64,000 bases of DNA from Escherichia phage ECO07P2. Both the position numbers and the translations under genes were made by a program. Shown piece after piece: positions 1 through 9,118 of this stretch; positions within the stretch are counted from its first letter, which is position 1, and each line of letters starts with the position of its first letter. A model generated the notes under the pieces. It saw only the letters and a list, made by a program, of their open reading frames with translations. It did not search any database and was not told where the DNA came from. The DNA is taken from sequence record OP172785; one strand, given 5' to 3'.

Positions 1-11
1 TAAGGTTAAAA

Positions 12-545
12 ATGAATTTAAATCTGATACTACCACTGAAGAAAGTAGTTCTTCCAATAAGCAATAAAGAAGTTTCTATTCCTAAAATGGGTCTTAAACA
101 TTATAACATTTTAAAAGATGTTAAAGGTCCTGATGAAAATTTAAAACTTCTTATTGATTCTATTTGTCCGAATTTATCACCGGCAGAAGTTGATTTCGTT
201 TCTATTCATCTATTGGAATTTAATGGAAAGATTAAATCTCGTAAAGAAATAGATGGTTATACTTATGACATTAATGATGTTTATGTATGCCAAAGATTAG
301 AATTTCAATACCAAGGAAATACATTTTATTTTAGACCGCCTGGAAAATTTGAACAATTTTTAACTGTGAGCGATATGTTATCCAAATGCTTGCTTAAGGT
401 CAATGATGAAGTTAAAGAAATTAATTTTCTTGAGATGCCAGCATTCGTTTTAAAATGGGCAAATGATATTTTTACAACTTTAGCAATTCCTGGCCCTAAT
501 GGTCCAATAACCGGAATTGGCAATATTATTGGATTATTTGAATGA
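12..545 (+). CDS. 28: baseplate hub distal subunit gp28
   Basis: 177 aa; first gene of a 28-29-48-54 order typical of T4-like baseplate hub cluster; overlaps start of next ORF. Confidence 0.75.
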   Translation: MNLNLILPLKKVVLPISNKEVSIPKMGLKHYNILKDVKGPDENLKLLIDSICPNLSPAEVDFVSIHLLEFNGKIKSRKEIDGYTYDINDVYVCQRLEFQYQGNTFYFRPPGKFEQFLTVSDMLSKCLLKVNDEVKEINFLEMPAFVLKWANDIFTTLAIPGPNGPITGIGNIIGLFE

Positions 546-2314
546 AAAAGCCACAAGAAATGCAAACGATGCGTAGAAAAGTTATTTCAGATAATAAACC
601 AACACAGGAAGCGGCTAAATCCGCTTCTAACACTTTATCTGGACTTAACGATATATCTACGAAATTGGATGATGCTCAAGCTGCGTCTGAATTAATTGCT
701 CAAACTGTCGAAGAAAAATCGAATGAAATAATTGGAGCAATTGACAACGTAGAAAGCGCAGTGAGTGATACTACTGCCGGTTCTGAGTTAATTGCTGAAA
801 CTGTCGAAATTGGCAATAATATTAATAAAGAAATCGGTGAATCGCTCGGGAGCAAATTAGATAAATTAACAAGTTTACTGGAGCAAAAAATTCAGACAGC
901 TGGAATTCAACAAACAGGAACTAGTTTAGCCACGGTTGAAAGCGCTATTCCTGTTAAAGTTGTTGAGGACGATACAGCTGAATCTGTGGGTCCTTTATTA
1001 CCAGCTCCTGAAGCAGTTAATAATGATCCTGATGCTGATTTTTTCCCTACCCCTCAGCCAGTTGAACCTAAACAAGAATCGCCAGAAGAAAAACAGAAAA
1101 AAGACGCATTTAACTTAAAATTATCTCAAGCTTTAGATAAATTAACAAAGACTGTTGATTTCGGATTTAAGAAATCTATTTCAATTACTGATAAAATATC
1201 AAGCATGCTATTTAAGTATACCGTCAGTGCTGCTATTGAAGCTGCTAAAATGACAGCAATGATATTGGCTGTTGTTGTCGGAATAGACCTGTTGATGGTT
1301 CATTTCAAATATTGGTCAGATAAATTTTCGCAGGCATGGGATTTATTTAGTACAGACTTTACTAAATTCTCTAGTGAAACAGGAACATGGGGTCCTTTAT
1401 TACAGAGCATCTTTAGTTCTATTGATGAAATTAAAAAATTCTGGGAAGAGGGAGATTGGGGCGGTTTGACGGTAGCTATTGTAGAAGGGCTTGGAAAGGT
1501 TCTTTATAATTTAGGAGAACTTATTCAGCTTGGAATGGCTAAATTATCTGCTGCAATTCTTCGAGTCATTCCTGGCATGAAGGATACCGCTGATGAAGTA
1601 GAAGGAAGAGCACTAGAAAATTTCCAAAATTCTACTGGAGCATCTCTCAATAAAGAAGACCAGGAAAAAGTTGCAAATTATCAAGATAAACGAATGAACG
1701 GAGACCTTGGTCCGATAGCAAAAGGATTAGATAAAATTGCTAATTGGAAAACTCGTGCATCTAACTGGATTCGTGGCGTTGATAATAAAGAAGCACTAAC
1801 TACCGACGAAGAGCGTGCAGCAGAAGAAGAAAAATTAAAGCAACTTTCACCAGAAGAAAGAAAAAATGCTTTAATGAAGGCTAATGAAGCTCGTGCCGCG
1901 ATGATTCGTTTTGAAAAATATGCTGATTCAGCTGATATGAGTAAAGACTCAACTGTTAAATCAGTTGAAGCTGCCTATGAAGACCTTAAAAAACGGATGG
2001 ATGACCCGGATTTAAATAATTCACCGGCAGTTAAAAAAGAACTTGCTGCTAGATTTTCTAAAATTGATGCTACTTATCAAGAGCTCAAGAAAAATCAGCC
2101 TAATGCCAAACCTGAAACTTCTGCTAAATCACCGGAAGCGAAACAGGTTCAGGTGATTGAAAAGAACAAAGCACAGCAAGCTCCTGTTCAACAAGCATCT
2201 CCTTCAATCAATAATACTAATAATGTTATTAAGAAAAATACTGTCGTTCATAATATGACACCCGTAACGAGTACGACTGCTCCTGGTGTATTTGATGCGA
2301 CTGGAGTTAATTAA
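542..2314 (+). CDS. 29: baseplate hub subunit / tail length determinator gp29
   Basis: 590 aa; length and position match T4 gp29; start overlaps gp28 stop (ATGA coupling). Confidence 0.8.
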   Translation: MKKPQEMQTMRRKVISDNKPTQEAAKSASNTLSGLNDISTKLDDAQAASELIAQTVEEKSNEIIGAIDNVESAVSDTTAGSELIAETVEIGNNINKEIGESLGSKLDKLTSLLEQKIQTAGIQQTGTSLATVESAIPVKVVEDDTAESVGPLLPAPEAVNNDPDADFFPTPQPVEPKQESPEEKQKKDAFNLKLSQALDKLTKTVDFGFKKSISITDKISSMLFKYTVSAAIEAAKMTAMILAVVVGIDLLMVHFKYWSDKFSQAWDLFSTDFTKFSSETGTWGPLLQSIFSSIDEIKKFWEEGDWGGLTVAIVEGLGKVLYNLGELIQLGMAKLSAAILRVIPGMKDTADEVEGRALENFQNSTGASLNKEDQEKVANYQDKRMNGDLGPIAKGLDKIANWKTRASNWIRGVDNKEALTTDEERAAEEEKLKQLSPEERKNALMKANEARAAMIRFEKYADSADMSKDSTVKSVEAAYEDLKKRMDDPDLNNSPAVKKELAARFSKIDATYQELKKNQPNAKPETSAKSPEAKQVQVIEKNKAQQAPVQQASPSINNTNNVIKKNTVVHNMTPVTSTTAPGVFDATGVN

Positions 2315-2322
2315 GGAATAAT

Positions 2323-3417
2323 ATGGCAATTGTTAAAGAAATAACTGCTGATTTAATTAAAAAATCCGGTGAGACAATTTCAGCCGGACAAAGCACTAAA
2401 TCAGAAGTAGGAATTAAAACATACACAGCCCAGTTTCCAACTGGGCGTGCTAGTGGTAATGACACTACAGGGGACTTCCAGGTAACAGATCTATATAAGA
2501 ATGGATTATTATTTACTGCATACAATATGTCATCTAGGGATTCTGGAAGTCTTAGATCGATGAGATCTAACTACTCTTCTTCATCTTCGAGTATTTTACG
2601 TACAGCCAGAAACACTATCAGTAATACAGTATCAAAACTGTCAAATGGATTAATATCAGATAATAATTCAGGAACAATAAGTAAAGCCCCTGTTGCAAAT
2701 ATTCTTTTACCAAGATCTAAATCCGATGTTGATACATCATCACATAGATTTAATGATGTTCAAGAAAGTCTTATCAGCAGAGGCGGAGGTACTGCTACTG
2801 GTGTGTTAAGTAATATTGCTTCAACTGCAGTATTTGGGGCACTGGAAAGTATAACACAGGGTATAATGGCTGATAATAATGAACAGATTTATACTACAGC
2901 CAGAAGTATGTATGGCGGTGCTGAGAATAGAACTAAAGTGTTTACATGGGATTTGACGCCACGTTCAACAGAAGATTTAATGGCTATTATTAATATCTAT
3001 CAATATTTTAACTATTTTTCTTATGGTGAAACGGGTAAATCTCAATATGCCGCTGAAATAAAGGGGTATTTAGATGATTGGTATCGTTCTACGTTAATTG
3101 AACCTTTATCTCCGGAAGACGCGGCTAAAAATAAAACACTATTTGAGAAAATGACATCGAGTTTAACTAACGTTCTAGTAGTTTCAAACCCGACAATTTG
3201 GATGGTGAAAAACTTTGGTGCAACATCTAAGTTTGATGGAAAAACGGAAATATTTGGCCCATGCCAAATACAGAGCATCAGATTTGATAAAACACCTAAC
3301 GGTAACTTTAACGGATTAGCTATTGCACCAAATCTCCCTAGTACATTTACTCTCGAGATTACTATGAGAGAAATTATTACGTTAAACCGTGCTTCTTTAT
3401 ATGCGGGGACTTTTTAA
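2323..3417 (+). CDS. 48: baseplate tail tube cap gp48
   Basis: 364 aa; position between 29 and 54; Ser-rich N-terminal region. Confidence 0.8.
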   Translation: MAIVKEITADLIKKSGETISAGQSTKSEVGIKTYTAQFPTGRASGNDTTGDFQVTDLYKNGLLFTAYNMSSRDSGSLRSMRSNYSSSSSSILRTARNTISNTVSKLSNGLISDNNSGTISKAPVANILLPRSKSDVDTSSHRFNDVQESLISRGGGTATGVLSNIASTAVFGALESITQGIMADNNEQIYTTARSMYGGAENRTKVFTWDLTPRSTEDLMAIINIYQYFNYFSYGETGKSQYAAEIKGYLDDWYRSTLIEPLSPEDAAKNKTLFEKMTSSLTNVLVVSNPTIWMVKNFGATSKFDGKTEIFGPCQIQSIRFDKTPNGNFNGLAIAPNLPSTFTLEITMREIITLNRASLYAGTF

Positions 3418-4382
3418 TGTATTCTTTAGAGGAATTTAATAATCAAGCAATAAACGCAGATTTTCAACGTAATAATATGTTTAGCTGCGTTTTTGCGACA
3501 ACTCCATCAACTAAAAGCTCTTCGTTGATAAGTTCAATTAGCAACTTTTCTTATAATAACTTGGGTCTAAATTCAGATTGGTTAGGATTAACCCAAGGCG
3601 ATATTAATCAGGGAATTACAACGTTAATTACTGCTGGAACACAAAAACTGACAAGAAAATCAGGAGTCAGTAAATATCTAATTGGTGCAATGAGTCAACG
3701 TACAGTTCAAAGTTTATTAGGCTCATTTACAGTTGGTACATATTTAATTGACTTCTTTAACATGGCATATAACTCATCTGGATTGATGATATACTCTGTA
3801 AAAATGCCAGAGAATAGATTATCTTATGAAACTGACTGGAACTATAATTCTCCTAATATTCGCATAACCGGGAGAGAATTAGACCCTTTGGTTATTTCAT
3901 TTAGAATGGATTCAGAGTCGTGTAATTATCGTGCAATGCAAGACTGGGTCAATGCTGTTCAAGACCCAGTAACTGGATTACGTGCTCTGCCGCAAGATGT
4001 CGAGGCGGATATCCAAGTTAATCTTCATTCTCGTAATGGATTGCCTCATACTGCGGTGATGTTCACCGGATGCATTCCAGTATCAGTGAGCGCTCCTGAG
4101 TTATCATATGATGGAGATAACCAAATAACTACATTTGATGTTACTTTTGCGTATAGAGTCATGCAGGCTGGAGCAGTTGATAGACAAGCTGCGCTTGAAT
4201 GGCTTGAATCTGCTGCTATAAATGGTATTCAAAGCTCTTCTGGAAATAATGGAGGTGTTACTGAACTATCTAGTTCGCTTTCACGACTTAGTAGATTAGG
4301 TGGAACTGCAGGAAGCATTTCAAACATTAATACTATGACAGGGATTGTCAATTCGCAGAGTAAAATATTAGGAGCAATATAA
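3417..4382 (+). CDS. 54: baseplate tail tube initiator gp54
   Basis: 321 aa; immediately follows gp48 with overlapping stop/start; followed by hairpin terminator. Confidence 0.8.
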   Translation: MYSLEEFNNQAINADFQRNNMFSCVFATTPSTKSSSLISSISNFSYNNLGLNSDWLGLTQGDINQGITTLITAGTQKLTRKSGVSKYLIGAMSQRTVQSLLGSFTVGTYLIDFFNMAYNSSGLMIYSVKMPENRLSYETDWNYNSPNIRITGRELDPLVISFRMDSESCNYRAMQDWVNAVQDPVTGLRALPQDVEADIQVNLHSRNGLPHTAVMFTGCIPVSVSAPELSYDGDNQITTFDVTFAYRVMQAGAVDRQAALEWLESAAINGIQSSSGNNGGVTELSSSLSRLSRLGGTAGSISNINTMTGIVNSQSKILGAI

Positions 4383-4386
4383 CAAT

Positions 4387-4414
4387 GGGGACCTTTCGGT
4401 CCCCATGTTTTTAT
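4387..4414 (+). terminator. rho-independent terminator after gene 54 (GGGGACC-TTTC-GGTCCCC hairpin plus T-run)
   Basis: perfect 7-bp stem with tetraloop followed by tgtttttattt. Confidence 0.6.
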
Positions 4415-4701
4415 TTACGGAATGAAATGAAAGCAGCAACTGAAGCAACTAAACTGTCTTCAATATAAACTTCAATTTTTACCGGAGCTTCTGACTCAAA
4501 TTTACCTGTTACCACACCCTGAAAAATACTTTCAGTCTGTTCTGGCTTTGAAAAATTTTCAGAAGGAAAAATTCCGAACTTTTTATCTGTTCCAAAAATT
4601 TTAATAAATTCATCGTAAACTGCTTCATTAAAAGCATTATCAACAGGAATAACGCCTTCAACTACAAGTTCTTGACCTAAAAAGCGCAAAGAAGATTTCA
4701 T
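4411..4701 (-). CDS. hypothetical protein (alt-adjacent small ORF)
   Basis: 96 aa ORF with SD-like aggaacacaaaATG; preceded by early promoter cassette at 4733-4762. Confidence 0.45.
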   Translation of the reverse strand: MKSSLRFLGQELVVEGVIPVDNAFNEAVYDEFIKIFGTDKKFGIFPSENFSKPEQTESIFQGVVTGKFESEAPVKIEVYIEDSLVASVAAFISFRK

Positions 4702-4732
4702 TTTGTGTTCCTCATGTTATGTCAGTAAGACT

Positions 4733-4762
4733 ACTATAACACAACATGAGGAACTTGTAAAC
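4733..4762 (-). promoter_or_regulatory. early-type sigma70 promoter (-35 GTTTAC, TGn-extended -10 TATAGT)
   Basis: revcomp reads GTTTAC-18nt-TGTTATAGT; flanked by 12-bp perfect inverted repeat 4707-4718/4743-4754; near-identical copy at 19622-19651. Confidence 0.55.
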
Positions 4763-6819
4763 TACATTTTGAACTTTTTAGACATTCCGTTAATGTTAAC
4801 CAAAGAAGCTAAGATTTGAGAAACTTCGTTTTCCTCTTCTTTTGATTCTTCTACAAGGAATTGATTAAATCCAGCCATTGGACGAACTTCACCAGTTTCC
4901 ATTAAATGGTCGCCATCATATACTGATTCTTCTAATTGTTCAGAAGGAGGAACGATTGTACCTTCGATTAGATACTTGTTATAAGCAGTTTCTTTCATAA
5001 AGTAAGTACTTACTTTATTAATCTTCAGTAAAATTCCACGTGGTAGAATAACTTCAGCTTCTGATGGAAATCCTGATAAATGACCTGGAACGATAACTTT
5101 GATTCGCTCAGCTCCTTTAATTACCATACCCACGCTAGTTTCAGCATCTTCATTAGCATATGTAGAATGACTACCCATATACATCAAATCTTCAGCATCA
5201 ACAGAACCTTCTCCTTCACCAGAAAATACTGCGCCGGAATCATCTAGAGCCATATAGTTTTTACCATGCTCACCGAAGATATTTGGTTTAAGCGATGTGG
5301 ATACGAAGTTCTTGAAATAGAACATTTTATTTTCAATGTTATGACGCAAAGTTTTAAAAGTAACTTCTTGTCCACGATAAAGCGTAGTTCCTGGAGGAAG
5401 AACTGAACCTTTAGCGAATGCAGAATCCATTGTCTCGATGTGTTTAATGGCTCGTTCCATGTATTCTTCACGGGTAGAATCTGGTTTACCCAAGAGGAAC
5501 GAGTTCATTTCAACATATGAATCTGCACAATAATCTTCAATTACATCAGACTCAGCCTGAGTTAATCCTTTTGGAGTTACTTCAGTACTTGCATATTCAT
5601 ATGCCTGGGCAGCAGATTCATTAATCAATTTATAAATGCCATTCATGACAAATTGAATAATAGCTACCTTTTCGTCTGGCGTGGCTTTAGAACCTTTAAC
5701 TAAATCATTGATAATTTTCTTAATAACATCAAAGCTATTAGAAATATTAATATCAGCAAGATCGCTTAAAATTTTATCAGTTTTATAATCAAAGAATTCT
5801 TTATTTTCTAAATATTCTTGAGAACCTTGATATGTTATATCGCTCTGCAACTTGATGGATGGATCACGTAAACGTGCATGGGCTAATGCAATATGATTTC
5901 GGAAGTTTTCTAGTTCATAATCGCTAGATTTAAAACGAGAAGCACTTCTCATACCACCGATAGCTCCTTTGCTGAAGTTTGAACCAATCTGAATAACGCC
6001 AGAGTTCATTGGTCCTTCTGCTTTATATACCGGAACTTTAGATTCAAACTCTTGATATTTCTTGGCAGCGAAGCTATCACCCTGAAGCGAAGCATCTACA
6101 GTAGAATATTGAGCTTGCGCTGCTAATCGACGACTAATTTTAGTTTTCTGAATAACAGCTTGATCCGTGCGCTTATCATTTTCTAAAGCAATAGAAGCAG
6201 CAACAGCAACAGCTTTAGGAACAGCATTACCTGTTTTAACATCTACATAAACATCACCAACCTTTGATTCAACTTTTGTGAATAACTCAGTTGAAATAGG
6301 AGGTACACCTGGAATGTCTTCTAAATTGGTATTTTTACGGTAAACCATAATATATGCATACTTTTTATCATAATCCCAGATTTCCTTTAAAAGAACATAT
6401 CGACCTGCTCCTTTAGTACGTACTAAACGGTCAGCAATAACTTGCATTTGACGAGCTGCGCCATTTGTTTTACTTTTTAGTACGCGGAATAGGCATGCGT
6501 CAATTTTATACTGTTTCATTGTTTGAAGAGCAGTATCAAAAACCGCATTAATAACACCAATTGGATTTCCACCCAAGTTTTTAAGTTTAACTAATGATAA
6601 TTTCTCATTAACACCTATCATTACGATATGCATCATTTTATCGCCTGGCTTAACGTTTTTATTTGTATCACCGCCAGAGGTGTATGTACAAAATCTAAAT
6701 CCAGGAAGCACACTTTCTTCACCGGCTTGAATAGCGAAAATTTGAGGTATTTTATGCTTAGGATTTAAGTTAACAACCGGCGCCGAAGCGCCGTCAAATA
6801 ATTCTGTAATAAGTTCCAT
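4762..6819 (-). CDS. Alt-family mono-ADP-ribosyltransferase, paralog A
   Basis: 685 aa; N-terminus MELITELFD shared with neighbouring paralog; C-terminal ART motifs LYRG, FVSTSL, EAEVILPRG (R-S-E type). Confidence 0.8.
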   Translation of the reverse strand: MELITELFDGASAPVVNLNPKHKIPQIFAIQAGEESVLPGFRFCTYTSGGDTNKNVKPGDKMMHIVMIGVNEKLSLVKLKNLGGNPIGVINAVFDTALQTMKQYKIDACLFRVLKSKTNGAARQMQVIADRLVRTKGAGRYVLLKEIWDYDKKYAYIMVYRKNTNLEDIPGVPPISTELFTKVESKVGDVYVDVKTGNAVPKAVAVAASIALENDKRTDQAVIQKTKISRRLAAQAQYSTVDASLQGDSFAAKKYQEFESKVPVYKAEGPMNSGVIQIGSNFSKGAIGGMRSASRFKSSDYELENFRNHIALAHARLRDPSIKLQSDITYQGSQEYLENKEFFDYKTDKILSDLADINISNSFDVIKKIINDLVKGSKATPDEKVAIIQFVMNGIYKLINESAAQAYEYASTEVTPKGLTQAESDVIEDYCADSYVEMNSFLLGKPDSTREEYMERAIKHIETMDSAFAKGSVLPPGTTLYRGQEVTFKTLRHNIENKMFYFKNFVSTSLKPNIFGEHGKNYMALDDSGAVFSGEGEGSVDAEDLMYMGSHSTYANEDAETSVGMVIKGAERIKVIVPGHLSGFPSEAEVILPRGILLKINKVSTYFMKETAYNKYLIEGTIVPPSEQLEESVYDGDHLMETGEVRPMAGFNQFLVEESKEEENEVSQILASLVNINGMSKKFKM

Positions 6820-6822
6820 GAT

Positions 6823-8880
6823 TTATCCTTGAACGAACTTGTAAGGCATGTTTGTAATATCTATGCAAGACGCAATAATTCCAAGAGATGATTCTACTTT
6901 TTGTTTAACATTTGATGAAACAAATGATGCAAAGTCAACTCTGTCTTCTATTTCAATATCACCTGTCATTGCAACTACTTCACCAGTTTCCATTAGACGG
7001 TCACCGTCATAAATTACCGATTCGGTGAGTTCTTCCGTAGTCATAACTTCAGCTTGAATAAGCTTGTTGTTAGTTTTAACTGTTCCATCATTGTAAGATG
7101 CATCGGTTATTTTATTAATTTTGACCATTAATCCACGTGGCAAAATGACTTCCATTTCATTTGAAGGCGCTAAACTTCCACCGGGTAAAACAACATTGAC
7201 TTTATCAGCTCCAGTAATAACCCATCCAATTCCAACTAAATTATCGCTAGAATTAACAAGCCCTTCATCATTTTTATCGATAGAAATGCTTAGACGCTTT
7301 TCATCTGGTAAAACACCCACAGCTGAATCAGTCATCCAAGTACCAAAAATGTTTGGATATAATGATGTTGATACAAAATTTCTAAAATAAAAAACTCGAT
7401 TTTTTACCAATGCTTCATATATTGAAGGTAACATTCGCTGTGAACGATATAAAGTAATACCTTTTGGCAATCGATCACCATTTTTAAAGGCTGAATCTAA
7501 ATTATCGATGGCTTGTTCTATTTCGGGTGCTGTCAAAATACTTGTACGCTCATCTGGATTATATAATCCCAAAAGAGCATTATTCATGTCTACATATCCT
7601 GAACCCACATATTCACGAATTCCGCGTTTTTGAGCCGGTGTGTATTTAGATGAATCTTTATTTTCGACTATAGAATGTAATGACCACCCAACGGTAAGAG
7701 CATATCCACGTAATTCTCTTCGAATAATCTTTGTTTTTATTGCATTCCAAGAATTTTGCACCAACTCATTCGCAGCATCTTGATTTAAATGCGAATGCTT
7801 GTTAATATTTCTTTCTAACCAAGCACTTTTATATTTTTCTAAAGTATCATCGACTATAGAAGCAATAGTTTCTAAAGTTTTTATTGAAGTAATAGATTCT
7901 TTTCGTAATCTTTCTAAAGCTTTATTTTTTATTTCTGCATTAACGTCAGATTCTTTATCTTCAGGAATTATAGAAGCTTCTCTGAATGCCATTCCAGCTG
8001 TAACACTATTAAGAGCATTCTCTAATGCAAATCCTGAAGTAGAAATAACAGTCAATTCGTTAGCATCAGAAATTAAAGGCGCGTCGGCGGGTTTATTTAA
8101 TTCTGCTGCTGAAGCCTCAAATTTTTGAAACATTGGTGTTTCAAATCTAGAAGATTCCAATGACTGACTTTGCGCAATTGCTCTACGGGAAATTTTAACT
8201 TTAACTATTACAGCTTGGTCAGAACGTTTATCGTTTTCTTGCGCAATAGATGCTGCAATTGCCTCATTTTTAGTTACTTGAACCCCAGTATCTTTATTGA
8301 TATAAACGTCGCCGACCTTCGATTCAACTTTAGTAAAGAGCTCGGTACTAATTTCCGGAACTCCTGGAATGTCTTCTAGTGATACATTTTTGCGATGTAT
8401 AAGAATATATGCATACTTTTTATCATAATCCCAGAGTTCCTTAAGAAGGACGTATCTGCCACCTGAACGACTACGGATAAGTCTATCAGCAATAACTTGA
8501 ATTTGTCGAGCTTGACCAGCAGTTTTAGACTTAAGAATACGAAGCATGCAGGCATCAATTTTATACTGACGCATCGTCCGCATTGCAACAGTAAAAACTG
8601 AATTGATGTAATTAATTGGGCTTGGACCGAGACCTTTTAATTTAGCAATTGAACCTTTAGCAGTTAATGTAAAAGGAACAATATGCATCATTTTATCGCC
8701 CATTTTTAAATCGCGATTAGTATCACCTCCAGATGTATAGGTACATAAACGAAAGCCTGGTTGTTCAATTGCATCATCAACATGAACTGAAAAAATTTGT
8801 GGTATTTTCTTCTTTGGATTTAAGTTTGTAATCGGAAGAGTAGTATCTTCGTCAAATAATTCTGTAATAAGTTCCATCAT
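6823..8880 (-). CDS. alt: Alt mono-ADP-ribosyltransferase (capsid-packaged internal protein), paralog B
   Basis: 685 aa; ART motifs LYRS, FVSTSL, NEMEVILPRG; late promoter TATAAATA 21 nt upstream. Confidence 0.85.
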   Translation of the reverse strand: MMELITELFDEDTTLPITNLNPKKKIPQIFSVHVDDAIEQPGFRLCTYTSGGDTNRDLKMGDKMMHIVPFTLTAKGSIAKLKGLGPSPINYINSVFTVAMRTMRQYKIDACMLRILKSKTAGQARQIQVIADRLIRSRSGGRYVLLKELWDYDKKYAYILIHRKNVSLEDIPGVPEISTELFTKVESKVGDVYINKDTGVQVTKNEAIAASIAQENDKRSDQAVIVKVKISRRAIAQSQSLESSRFETPMFQKFEASAAELNKPADAPLISDANELTVISTSGFALENALNSVTAGMAFREASIIPEDKESDVNAEIKNKALERLRKESITSIKTLETIASIVDDTLEKYKSAWLERNINKHSHLNQDAANELVQNSWNAIKTKIIRRELRGYALTVGWSLHSIVENKDSSKYTPAQKRGIREYVGSGYVDMNNALLGLYNPDERTSILTAPEIEQAIDNLDSAFKNGDRLPKGITLYRSQRMLPSIYEALVKNRVFYFRNFVSTSLYPNIFGTWMTDSAVGVLPDEKRLSISIDKNDEGLVNSSDNLVGIGWVITGADKVNVVLPGGSLAPSNEMEVILPRGLMVKINKITDASYNDGTVKTNNKLIQAEVMTTEELTESVIYDGDRLMETGEVVAMTGDIEIEDRVDFASFVSSNVKQKVESSLGIIASCIDITNMPYKFVQG

Positions 8881-8900
8881 ATCCTCTCTAGTGTTTATTC

Positions 8901-8908
8901 TATTTATA
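8901..8908 (-). promoter_or_regulatory. T4-type late promoter TATAAATA upstream of alt
   Basis: forward tatttata = minus-strand TATAAATA, about 21 nt upstream of alt ATG. Confidence 0.6.
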
Positions 8909-8913
8909 AAATT

Positions 8914-8931
8914 AAAGGCCCGAAGGCCTTT
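8914..8931. terminator. GC hairpin (GGCC-CGAA-GGCC) between small ORF and alt late promoter
   Basis: perfect palindrome aaaggcccgaaggccttt; likely terminator/RNA stability element. Confidence 0.45.
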
Positions 8932-9118
8932 AATAATCTAATGGTAAGAGAGTACGGTATATTTCAAACTTCGGACCTTTTTCATAGGCATCAAATGTTT
9001 CTGTAAATTTATTATAAGCATATGCATCTACAAATTCGAGAATGACTTGTGATACAGAAGTAGAAACATCTCCACCTTCTTTTTGAGCAATGACAATTGT
9101 TTCTAAGTAAGCTTTCAT
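8930..9118 (-). CDS. hypothetical protein
   Basis: 62 aa ORF; start overlaps ligase stop. Confidence 0.4.
   Translation of the reverse strand: MKAYLETIVIAQKEGGDVSTSVSQVILEFVDAYAYNKFTETFDAYEKGPKFEIYRTLLPLDY

Noticed and set aside
326-565. 79-aa minus-strand ORF inside gene 28
   Set aside because: Antisense to a well-supported structural gene; no SD or promoter; typical spurious ORF.
936-1118. 60-aa + strand ORF inside gp29 in an alternative frame
   Set aside because: Fully embedded in gp29 coding sequence; low-complexity product; no independent signals.
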